Below are positions 49,401-60,438 of a DNA stretch of 64,000 nt, in pieces. The translations under genes were made by a program, and so were the position numbers. The number at the start of each line of letters is the position of its first letter. Position 1 is the first letter of the stretch. The DNA lies in assembly GCA_032718475.1 (NCBI GenBank), contig JAUCBJ010008566.1, positions 1 through 64,000 of the forward strand, in the 5' to 3' direction. Source of the stretch: Nemertoderma westbladi (lineage: Eukaryota > Animalia > Xenacoelomorpha). Under the pieces are notes generated by a model. It saw only the letters and a program-made list of their open reading frames with translations. It was not told where the DNA came from and searched no databases.

Positions 49401-51393
49401 TAACGGTTGCATTCTGCGACAGTGTACACACACAAGGGTAACGGTTGCATTCTGGGACAGTGCACACACACAAGGGTAACGGTTGCATTCTGCGACAGTG
49501 TACACACACAAGGGTAACGGTTGCATTCTGCGACAGTGTACACACACAAGGGTAACGGTTGCATTCTGCGACAGTGTACACACACAAGAGTACCGGTTGC
49601 ATTCTGCGACAGTGTACACACACAAGGGTAACGGTTGCATTCTGGGACAGTGTACACACACAAGGGTAACGGTTGCATTCTGCGACAGTGTACACACACA
49701 AGGGTAACGGTTGCATTCTGCGACAGTGTACACACACAGGGTAACCGTTGTATTCTGCGACAGTGTACACACACAAGGGTAACGGTTGCATTCTGCGACA
49801 GTGTACACACACAAGGGTAACGGTTGCATTCTGCGACAGTGTACACACACAAGGGTAACGGTTGCATTCTGCGACAGTGTACACACACAAGGGTAACGGT
49901 TGCATTCAGCGACAGTGTACACACACAAGGGTAACAGTTACATTCAGCGACAGTGTACACACACAAGGGTAACGGTTGCATTCAGCGACAGTGTACACAC
50001 ACAAGGGTAACGGTTGCATTCTGGGACAGTGTACACACACAAGGGTAACGGTTGCATTCTGGGACAGTGTACACACACAAGGGTAACGGTTGCATTCTGG
50101 GACAGTGTACACACAAAAGGGTAACGGTTGCATTCTGGGACAGTGTACACACACAAGGGTAACGGTTGCATTCTGCGACAGTGTACACACACAAGGGTAA
50201 CGGTTGCATTCTGCGACAGTGTACACACACAAGGGTAACGGTTGCATTCTGCGACAGTGTACACACACAAGGGTAACGGTTGCATTCTGGGACAGTGTAC
50301 ACACACAAGGGTAACGGTTGCATTCTGGGACAGTGCACACACACAAGGGTAACGGTTGCATTCTGCGACAGTGTACACACACAAGGGTAACGGTTGCATT
50401 CTGCGACAGTGTACACACGCTATGGTAACGGTTGCATTCTGGGACAGTGTACACACACAAGGGTAACGGTTGCATTCTGCGACAGTGTACACACACAGGG
50501 TAACCGTTGTATTCTGCGACAGTGTACACACACAAGGGTAACGGTTGCATTCTGCGACAGTGTACACACACAAGGGTAACGGTTGCATTCTGCGACAGTG
50601 TACACACACAAGGGTAACGGTTGCATTCTGCGACAGTGTACACACACAATGGTAACGGTTGCATTCTGCGACAGTGTACACACACAAGGGTAACGGTTGC
50701 ATTCTGCGACAGTGTACACACGCAAGGGTAACGGTTGCATTCTGCGACAGTGTACACACACAAGGGTAACGGTTGCATTCTGCTACAGTGTACACACACA
50801 AGGGTAACGGTTGCATTCTGCGACAGTGTACACACACAAGGGTAACGGTTGCATTCTGCGACAGTGTACACACACAAGGGTAACGGTTGCATTCTGCGAC
50901 AGTGTACACACGCAAGGGTAAGGGTTGCATTCTGCGACCGTGTACACACACAAGGGTAGGGGTTGCATTCTGCGACAGTGTACACACACAAGGGTAACGG
51001 TTGCATTCTGCGACAGTGTACACACACAAGGGTAACGGTTGCATTCTGCGACAGTGTACACACACACAAGGGTAACGGTTGCATTCTGCGACAGTGTACA
51101 CACACATGGGTAACGGTTGCATTCTGCGACAGTTGTGTACACACACACAAGGGTAACGGTTGCATTCAGCGACAGTGTACACACACAAGGGTAATGGTTG
51201 CATTCTGCGACAGTGTACACACACAAAATGGTAATGGTTGCATTCAGCGACAGTGTACACACACAAGGGTAATGGTTGCATTCTGCGACAGTGTACACGC
51301 ACAAAATGGTAACGGTTGCATTCTGCGACAGTGTACACACGCAAGGGTAAGGGTTGCATTCTGCGACCGTGTACACACACAAGGGTAAGGGTT
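43406..51393. repeat. 38-bp minisatellite/satellite, ~210 copies, consensus GACAGTGTACACACACAAGGGTAACGGTTGCATTCTGC
   Basis: Head-to-tail array with recurrent diagnostic variants. Confidence 0.98.
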
Positions 51394-51544
51394 TCATACA
51401 ACAATGCTGCAAGGCTGTTATTTAAGATCCCTCATAGGAGTAGTAGTACTGTAGGTATTCTTTGTGGCTCATAATCTACCCTGTTTTATTCATTTACGGT
51501 ATAGGTCTATTTCTTTTATTTTTTTTTTTTTTTTTTTTTTTTTT

Positions 51545-54500
51545 ACCTCCCTCTTTTTATTGGCTGATAAATGTAATAGCAAAAAACAAATATTAGGCAC
51601 GAGACGAGATCACAAAATACGAATACAAACACAAAACACGCTTTGTTAATCAAGTATTTAGTATTTGATGTATATTGAAATGTTTTATTGCTTGAAGGGG
51701 CGGTTGCTGGTTGCCTAGTAATAGGCCATTGAGGGCAGCCCTGCGCCGTCCTCCAGGCCCAGTCCGCTGCGCCAATTCACCCGGGATCCACGGAGGCAGT
51801 GGGAAGCCCCGCGGATAATGGCGAGTTGGACTCGGGTCCGGATCCAGCCCATTACCACACTGTAGGGTTTCCCCCACGCGCGATGCAGCCTCTCCGCAAA
51901 GGTCCGGAGCAGTTTGTTGGCCTGTGGAGCCACGATCCCATCGCACGAGGCGACAAACGGGGAGAAGTTGCCACGACGATCAGAAACGGCGTCGGCATAG
52001 ATCCGCTTCTTAGCATCCTCAGTGGACTCAAGAACACTCATTGGGGCGCGGCTTGAGTAAGACCCGGCGTCAAGGTTCATTACCTTTATATCAATCAACG
52101 CCTGGGTCTGACTCTCAAACGCGCCCCGAATCCCGATGTCGCACCGTAGCCCCGCCTTGTCCTCAATCCAACACAGTCCTTGTTCCAACACCACGTTGCG
52201 TGAGCCGAACGCCTGGGCCGCGATGTTCCCCACGAGGTCCCGCAGCTCATTATGCCTCTGTATTACGAGGCCGCCTTTCTTACAATTTAACCCATGGTTA
52301 ATGTCGAAGGCGGCCCCGCATCCGTCACAGCGGCTTGGAACCGATGCTAAGGGACGGCCATACCGGATGGCCAGCGCGTCCCTGAACTCCTGCAGCGAAA
52401 GATCCAGCTGGTGTTCCGATATCGGGAGGGAGGAGATCCACCCACCCGAGCGGTAGTCCGCAGCGCGTTGGATAGTCCTTCGCCGGTCTTTAGGCATCTC
52501 CTCCACCGCTTCCTTATACTGGTCTTCCTCGCGGGCCAGCTGTTCTACCCGCCCAGCCTTCCTCGCATATTGGAGGCATTCTAGATGTCCCGCCAGAGAG
52601 AATTCGTCGTCGCCCAGGATTGCCCGTGATAGGGCTCGCGTTCCACTTTGTGATACCCTGTAGGAAATGGCGGCCTCTGCGACGGGGTTGCGTAGGCCCA
52701 TGCCGCCAGTGCGAGGGGACAGGGCAAACAAGCTACGTTCCTTCACTGACACATCTCCATTGAGAACGGCTGGGAGGAACTTCTCCGCGATGGCGCGCTC
52801 CAGGTCCTCAAACTCAAGGCTACAGTTAGGTGTGACCCGCTGGAGATATGCCCATTCTCTTTGCAGAGAACAGGCCATCGCTGCGAATGCAGCCTGCGGC
52901 TGGGTCTCAGCCATCTCAGACAGTTTATCGACAGAAGTGACCCACGCTGCTACCTTCGCCCCTACAAACGTCTTCTGGTCGTCCGTCCCACCAATAAACC
53001 CCCCGAGGAAGCGGTGTCCCGTTACGATGTTGATGGGGTGACCCGCGAAAACCCTGTTGGCCTCATCCAGAAAGGCTTCGTCAACTACAAGGAAGCATTT
53101 CGTAGGCTCTGGGTAGTAGCCGAGTGTGGGGCCGTGATGCTGCAGCAGGAGGAACCAGTCAAGAACATATTCTAGCTTTCCTGCTGCCACGGAGTCATCG
53201 GCATACCAGTTCTGGCGAGTCTTGGTGCTTCTAAGACGACGAATAAGAGGGAGTGCACCCGACGCGTAGAACGGCATTGCTAATGGGTCACCCTGCGTGG
53301 CCCCTTCCTCACTGAACAGCACCTCCTCTGTTCCGCGGACTATGAGGATGCTGTGACCCCGGTAACTGTTGAACAAGAACAGTGAACACCGGGGCCACAG
53401 TTGGCGGACGTTCCACAGAGCTGCCGTTCTGTTTAGTGCATTGAATGCATTTGATGCATCCACCAGGAGAACACCCCACCCATCATCGCGCCAATCCTCA
53501 AATATTGCCGCCATCGAGTGGATAGCCGCCTCAGCACCTGCAGAGGTGCCAGCCGACAACTGCTCCGCTCCGCACGTGTTGGTGATGTCGTCCCCGGTCG
53601 CCTCTGCCATGGCACGGCCCATGATCCGTCGCAGGCACTGACCAATTCCTATTGGCCGAACACCAGGACATTTATCCAGGGCGATGAGCCGTCCTGACTG
53701 TAATGCGCGAATCGACTCCCACGGAACTACTGAGTTTGCAATGGAGCGGGTAATACTGGCTATTGCATCCCGGAGGCGCTCGCTATGGGCCCCATAGCTG
53801 AGGAGGTAATCGCGCCACCTGGTAGAGTCCGATCCGGTCGGACCAGCGCCTCCATGTAGTTTACGGGCAGCGGATTCGATGTGTGACGCCGTGATATCCA
53901 CATCAACCCTGAGTGGAAAGTCTTCCTCGGGTTGTAGTACTGCCTCCGGTGGGGGTGGTGCTGCTGAGGGATTTTTATGCTCGGAGAACTCCAACACCCG
54001 CTGGTTACTTCCTCCTGATTGGATCTCGTCATTGGGGTCGAGGACCCCACCGGATTCTCGCCCCGTCACCCATCTGACTGCGCTTCTAACCTTTCCCTCC
54101 AGCATGAGCCGAGTGAAAATACGGATCGTGTGTTCCTTTTCCTCTCCTGGTGGTCGGCACCTCCTGGTACCCCGCTTGCCAGTTGAAAACTTTAAGGAGC
54201 AGCGTTCGGCTTCCACAAGCAGTGTCTCCAGGTGTCCAGAGCGCCATAACTCGACGCGTCTGGTGAGGAGTCGGCGAATATCGGCTGCTTTAATAACCTT
54301 GGGGTCCCTGTGGAGTAGCAATGAGTCAGCGAGGAGGATGCGCTCCGAACGAGCATTAGCAATGTTGTGCGTTAGTCCAGAGACAAAAGCACCGGCCTCA
54401 TCCGAGAGGAGGGAGACAACGTCCCTGCCCACAGCACCCCCAGGCAGCCTGTATTTTGAGCCGCATAGCTGGCTCACCCGTCTCCACTGGTGGAGAAGTT

Positions 54501-56245
54501 CGTCTGGCACTGCCCCCTTACCAACTAGAGGAGCTCCATATGCACGGTTCATCAACCCCTCCGGGTCTGAGTCGCGGTGACCCTCTGCAATGGGGTCCCA
54601 GAACGCTGCAAACGTGGAGGTGCCACCCCCGAACTGACCTGCTCCAACCCCGGACTGACCTGCTCTACCCCTGGACTGACCTGCACCAGCCCCAGACTGA
54701 CCGGCTCCAGCCATCCTGGACTGACCTGCTCCAACCCCGGACTGAACAGTTCCACCCGCGGACTGACCTGCTCCAACCCCGGACTGTACTGCTCCAACCC
54801 CAGACTGAACAGCTCCAACCCCGGACTGACCTGCTCCAACCTCGGACTGGCCTACTCCAACCCCGGACTGACCTGCTCCAACCCCGAACTGAACAGCTCC
54901 ACCCCCGGACTGATCTGCTCCTGCCCCAGACGGACCTGCTCCAACCCTGGGCTGACCGGCTACAGCCACCCCAGACTGACCTGCTCCAACCCCGGACTGT
55001 CCTGCTCCAGCCCCGGACTGTATTGCTCCAACCCCGGACTGACATGCTTCAACCCCGGACAGGCTGGGCTCAACACCGGACCAAACAGCTCCAACCCAGA
55101 ATTGACCTGCTCTACCCCTGGACTGAACAGCTCCACCCCCGGACTGGCCTGCTCCAACCCCAGACACGCTGGCTTCCACCCCCAAAACCCCGGACTGATC
55201 TGCTCCAATCCTGGATAGGCTGGCATCCACCCCCGACTGACATGCTCCAACCCCGGACTGAATAGCTCCAACCCCGGACTGACCTGCTCCAACCCCGGAC
55301 TGAATGGCTCCAACCCTGGACTGAAAGGCACCTGACGCTGCTGTAGGCCCCACACCTGATACAGACTGGGGGAAACACGGCATGGACTGGGGGGGACACA
55401 TTCCAGATTGCGGGACACACAACACAGACTGGTGGGCATCCGACACAGACTGGGGGGCGCCCAACTGGGAGGAACCCAACATAGACAGGGAGATTCCTGA
55501 CACAAACAAGGGTTCATCCGACTCAGACTGGGTGGCACTCGACATGGACTGATGGACATCAGGCACAGACAGAGGGACACACAACGTGGATTGCGACACA
55601 TACTGGGGGGCACCCGACACATACTGGGGCACACCTGACACATACTGGGGCACACCCGACACATACTGGGGGCCACCCGACACATACTGGGGGGCACCCG
55701 ACACATACTGGGGGGCACCCGACACATACTGGGGGGCACCCGACACATAGTGGGGGGCATCTGACACATACTGGGGGGCACCCAGCTGGTGTGAACCCGA
55801 TATAGATAGGGGAGCACCCGACACGGGTATGGGGAAGCACGACATGGATTGGGGGGCAACCAATACGGGCTGGGGAGCACCTGACTCAGACAGGGGGGAG
55901 CCGGGCACAGACTGGAAGACACCCGGTTCATATATGGGGACATCCATCACAGACTGGGGAGAGCCCGACGAGGATTCCATGAGGTAGTCGAGTTCATCCA
56001 GAGTTGAGTTTATTTGTGGTGTCTCACTTGGTGCCTGGACCCTGCCCTTTTTCGTTGTTGTAGCCTGACTCGTCCGCGGCGAGTTGGTTAGCATGTAGTC
56101 GAGTACGCCGTGGCCCACAGACCCGCTGTAACCGGGAGGCATCACGATGGGAACGGATTCTGAGGCTGTGTGAAACGGGGTCGCTGCCCTATTGGGTAGC
56201 TGAAACGGGGTCGCTGTCCTATTGGGTAGCTGAAACGACGAGCTG
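51545..56245 (-). mobile_element. Young CRE-clade non-LTR retrotransposon, 5' part cut by BEL copy E
   Basis: Intact long ORF; AATAAA in the 3' UTR (~51672) and poly(A) as a T-run at ~51519-51544. The frame stays open up to the LTR edge at 56245. Confidence 0.92.
51715..56145 (-). CDS. CRE-type polyprotein: Gly/Ser/Gln heptad repeats, RT, CCHC finger, restriction-like endonuclease
   Basis: LIALDKCPGVRPIGIG, VDASNAFN, GATQGDPL, WYADD, FLGG, CDGC..H..C, RHNELRD, RCDIG...IDIKV. Confidence 0.95.
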   Translation of the reverse strand: MMPPGYSGSVGHGVLDYMLTNSPRTSQATTTKKGRVQAPSETPQINSTLDELDYLMESSSGSPQSVMDVPIYEPGVFQSVPGSPLSESGAPQPVLVAPQSMSCFPIPVSGAPLSISGSHQLGAPQYVSDAPHYVSGAPQYVSGAPQYVSGAPQYVSGGPQYVSGVPQYVSGVPQYVSGAPQYVSQSTLCVPLSVPDVHQSMSSATQSESDEPLFVSGISLSMLGSSQLGAPQSVSDAHQSVLCVPQSGMCPPQSMPCFPQSVSGVGPTAASGAFQSRVGAIQSGVGAGQSGVGAIQSGVGACQSGVDASLSRIGADQSGVLGVEASVSGVGAGQSGGGAVQSRGRAGQFWVGAVWSGVEPSLSGVEACQSGVGAIQSGAGAGQSGVGAGQSGVAVAGQPRVGAGPSGAGADQSGGGAVQFGVGAGQSGVGVGQSEVGAGQSGVGAVQSGVGAVQSGVGAGQSAGGTVQSGVGAGQSRMAGAGQSGAGAGQSRGRAGQSGVGAGQFGGGTSTFAAFWDPIAEGHRDSDPEGLMNRAYGAPLVGKGAVPDELLHQWRRVSQLCGSKYRLPGGAVGRDVVSLLSDEAGAFVSGLTHNIANARSERILLADSLLLHRDPKVIKAADIRRLLTRRVELWRSGHLETLLVEAERCSLKFSTGKRGTRRCRPPGEEKEHTIRIFTRLMLEGKVRSAVRWVTGRESGGVLDPNDEIQSGGSNQRVLEFSEHKNPSAAPPPPEAVLQPEEDFPLRVDVDITASHIESAARKLHGGAGPTGSDSTRWRDYLLSYGAHSERLRDAIASITRSIANSVVPWESIRALQSGRLIALDKCPGVRPIGIGQCLRRIMGRAMAEATGDDITNTCGAEQLSAGTSAGAEAAIHSMAAIFEDWRDDGWGVLLVDASNAFNALNRTAALWNVRQLWPRCSLFLFNSYRGHSILIVRGTEEVLFSEEGATQGDPLAMPFYASGALPLIRRLRSTKTRQNWYADDSVAAGKLEYVLDWFLLLQHHGPTLGYYPEPTKCFLVVDEAFLDEANRVFAGHPINIVTGHRFLGGFIGGTDDQKTFVGAKVAAWVTSVDKLSEMAETQPQAAFAAMACSLQREWAYLQRVTPNCSLEFEDLERAIAEKFLPAVLNGDVSVKERSLFALSPRTGGMGLRNPVAEAAISYRVSQSGTRALSRAILGDDEFSLAGHLECLQYARKAGRVEQLAREEDQYKEAVEEMPKDRRRTIQRAADYRSGGWISSLPISEHQLDLSLQEFRDALAIRYGRPLASVPSRCDGCGAAFDINHGLNCKKGGLVIQRHNELRDLVGNIAAQAFGSRNVVLEQGLCWIEDKAGLRCDIGIRGAFESQTQALIDIKVMNLDAGSYSSRAPMSVLESTEDAKKRIYADAVSDRRGNFSPFVASCDGIVAPQANKLLRTFAERLHRAWGKPYSVVMGWIRTRVQLAIIRGASHCLRGSRVNWRSGLGLEDGAGLPSMAYY

Positions 56246-57520
56246 TGTTCGCGCTTTCAGACCTTTGGCAGTTTAACCCACCAAATTAAGATGTCTTCTA
56301 GATATTAAATCGGTTTTTAGTCTATGACAAGTATTTGATTCACTACACTAGTCGAAACCAATCCGTGCGCGACCATTCACCCGCTGGAGATTCCCGGGAG
56401 ATTGGGTTCGACGGTTTAATTTTATTGCTATGTAAGCCTAATGTATTATTCGACTGACAGTATTATATAATCTCTGACAATATTATTCACCTTCGGGAAT
56501 ATTAACAGTTCCTTTAGGACGTGGCGCTTTATCTATATAAACAGAGTTATAACTTAAACTACTCACAACGATATGGCTTAATTATAATTCACATATATGG
56601 CGCATTCTTTAGGAATTGCTTCTTTAACAGACTCACTCATACACAATGCTGCACAATACTGCATACTAATCTGCCAATCTTCACTGATTTTAGTCACATA
56701 TAAAAGGAACACAGACTGACTCATGTAGGGTCTATCAAATAACATTAGATTCACTTCAAACCACTTTAACATAAGTCACAATCGTTTATCTGTAACCTTT
56801 CTCTCTTACCTTCGGTACATCAAGAACATTGGGTTTCGGGGTTGTTTATCGTTATTCCAAATATAATAATTCATCAACCATATTATGAAGAACTGACGGT
56901 AAATAGCAGTATAAAACAACAAGTCAGTACCGGTATGTCAGCAATGAGATATAGGCATGTCCGTTAAAGGATATATGCCCTTTATAATTAAACCTACTAG
57001 TGTACGACTAAAAAGCAGTACAGCACAAAATACTTCCAAGCCGTTCTTTCTTTGGCTCAAGACTGAATGTAAACACTGCACATAGGCATTGCGTCATTTC
57101 TCGGAAATTTTCTGTACAAGGAGCCACAAAAACGCTCTCATTGGCTGACTGAACCGAGAGACGCCGTAGAACAAAGGAAATCAACACGTATGAATGTCAG
57201 CTGTTAACCGTAGTCATAGTAACTACTGTTCAAGAGTAGCTATCACCCTTTTGCGTCACGAATTGCCATAGAATCATAAAAATATGCCTTTCACAGTACA
57301 CATACGGAGGAAATAGGTCTTAGATCCTCTAAAAACACCGATACAGCAATAATACGGTCTCTTACACTTATTAAATCAACTACAGAGTATTTTAATGTAA
57401 AAGATAATAAAATAACGGGGCAATTCAGCAAAGGCTTTTACACCGCTCCCAGAAAATGGGATTTTCAGTCTATAAAATATAAAAATCACAGTTTCTAAAA
57501 CATAAAGATACTCTAAACAG

Positions 57521-58806
57521 TTAGTCTTTCTTACGCAGACGGCGTTTACGCAGTTTTTTGAGGCTAGCAAGAGTCCTTTTCTCTTTGGGGGGAGCCACTT
57601 TACTAGGAGGGCCATAACTCCTGGGTGAAGGGTGCAATATGATTGCATCAGAAGGTGTAGGATTGTGGTCGAGGTATCTGCCGTTTCGATATGCTTCTCC
57701 TCGAGCTGATTTTCCTCCGCTCGTAGCTGGATACGTTCATCCAAAAACTCTCGCAGAGAATAGGATCGTCCAAGTTCGATAACTTCTTAGAGATTCTGGA
57801 TTTCTCAATTGAATTGAGATAAGGCCAATTCGTTTATCGATTGGACTCACTGGTATAACTTACGTTTATCTGAACAAACGCAGGTTTCCCTTTTGATCTT
57901 TATAAAATAGCGTTTAACTCGTTTCGTACAACGCTCTCCTTCACCGTGATGAGGGGTTGTATCGCGTTAAACGTGGACGACCATACGGTTGGATAGTGAT
58001 ATTAGGTGTCCGCGTCACAATCTGGCTAGGTAAGATGGGCGGCTAGCTAGAAATCACTGCCGGAGTGTTACCGATTAATTGTTAGGGTAGCACTAGATCT
58101 TTGAACAGTGAATACAGTCCGCGAGGATCCGCGACACCACCAAGATCGCAGGTCTGAGGTCCAACTAAGGAATGAGGAGGTTTGACCGAGTATTCCGGGA
58201 CTCTGATCGTAGGTTTACTCCAGGATCGTTCGAGCCGAGTGAGCATAGGTGATACGTCAACAAGTTTCGGTTTACGTGGATGATTATGTCTTTCCGTTTA
58301 TTAGTTGGGTCTAGGGCATTTATCGTAATAATACCAAAGACGCACGTCTGATGGGGTAAACGCGGGCGATATTTATTTGTTGTTACAATGCTTCTATCAA
58401 GAATTCCAAATATACGTTGGAGTCACCGCGTCCATTTGTTTCTTAAGTGTCTTTTCTTTCGAGTCGATTTCGAATAGAATTTTCGCATTCGAATTTCCGT
58501 TTATGGTTCCGACTCCGCTGGGCAGGATATATAGTCGACATAGTCCGTATTATGTAAATCGATAGGATGACCAGTAGTTAAGAAGCCCATATACGTACCA
58601 TTACGCCGCGTATATCGAGCAGCGAATTTTCTATAGTCCAACTCACGCGTGAGCTGCTCTTGGGACATTGGCGGTTCGATATAACGACCATCGTCCTCCG
58701 CAGCAGTTGGACTAACGTCGCCGCGTATTAAGCTATCAACAAGCGCTTGTAAAAGTAGAGTATATCGCTCCCCGATACCAAGACCATCTTCTATCAACTC
58801 CGTCAT
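57521..58806 (-). pseudogene. Extra 3' ORF of copy E, degraded
   Basis: MTELIEDGLGIGERY start at 58806; basic tail ending at 57521. Confidence 0.8.
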
Positions 58807-60438
58807 ATCTGCTATATATGAGTTTATCCATATTATAATGAGTCCACATTTAGGCGAGCGGGCGTCGCTGCCTACTTCAATCAACCCCCGGACAGTACGA
58901 GATCCTCAGCGCCGATGTGTCGTCGCCGCTGTACTTTCGCCAACGACGTAGCCGCACAATGACAACGACAACCGGCACAAGTCACTCAACTGTCCGTCCC
59001 AAAGGCTTAGATGTACTTCAGGTTTCCTTGGAGAGTTAGGTTACTTTTACGATTGCGACTAGCTACTGTAAACACACCTTAGCAGTAACATTCACCTATA
59101 AACTCACAAATACCACACACTCGGGTCACTTGTCCGTTAGTCAATGCCTTCCAGAATGTCACTGTATTATTATGTATCCTTGGATACTATCAGTGCACTA
59201 TTTATTCCCTATGCTATTCAATGGGACAAGCTTTCTATTGTTCTTTTAACTCAATTCTAATTCTAGCGTGGTTGTTGCTATGGTGACATTATGCAAAGCT
59301 AGCGGTAGAATTAGGGTGATTCCAATGCATACAGATCTGGGATGTTATTTAATAGTAATTCTTTAATAGTCAATGTTCTGTTTTATACATGACTTTATGA
59401 ATTTTATCGGCTATTGACTATGTTTGGGAGACTTTCACACACTCATACGCATGATAAGATAAATCTCCGCTCCCTTGATCTATTAATTAATGGAATTTTG
59501 GGAACTTTATAAATTGCGTAAAAATGGCAATTTATTAAATTCATTAAAAGGCATGAATTTAAATTGATTCCCTGAAATTTTATTATTTGATAATTAAATG
59601 GACATATTTTGATTCTAGAACATGTCTAGGGACACAAGATCCTTAATTCTAAGAAAATTGTCTCTTTAAGAATATCGGTAAATGCTACGATATCTTAATT
59701 GACTAGAATTGTTGAAGGATCTGAATTTTACAGATTTTGACTTATTTGATTTGTAAATATTAACTAATTAATATTTGAGATGGGCACCGATTTATTCCAG
59801 AACTTGTCTGGGGACGTTAACCACTGATTCTAGAATTTGTCTTTCAAGTATATCGGTGGGTGCCACGATATCTTAATCGACTAGAATTACAGATGGTCAA
59901 AGGGTTTAACAGATTTATTTTGCGTTATACGCTACTGTTAAAGGGACATCACGCTACTATATGTATTATTTAATATACGGTATGAGAGCAATATCGCACG
60001 AAGCAATGTCAGTGTGAAGAGGCAAGTCGTTTCCAAGGTCTACCCAGAGCTTGGTTTAGCCGAGACACGAGGATCTGAACTTTGCATTCCTAATACTCTG
60101 CCTACCAATAATACTTAAATATAGTAGTGGCTTTATTGTACTTTAATAAGTACAGACATTTCATCTTACTGTAGTTACGTATTTATAACATAATACGGAC
60201 AGTAAGGAAAGAGAAAAATAATTATTTCTTGCCGTCGCATTAAATATAATATATACGTAATTAAGTAATAAACGCGAATATATATTGCACTAATCTACTA
60301 AATAATCGCTAAAATAACATTCTACTGAATAAAATTAAAGAAAACGATTATAATAGAATTACATAGTAATACATACAGAAATATAAAAATAATAAAATAA
60401 TATAAAATAATAGAGTCACACACCCACTCCATATGTTG

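Noticed and set aside
43406-51393. Cys-rich ORFs over the 38-bp array; telomere array
   Set aside because: The ORFs are translation artefacts of a non-triplet repeat. The telomere resemblance is limited to 12 degenerate nt per unit.
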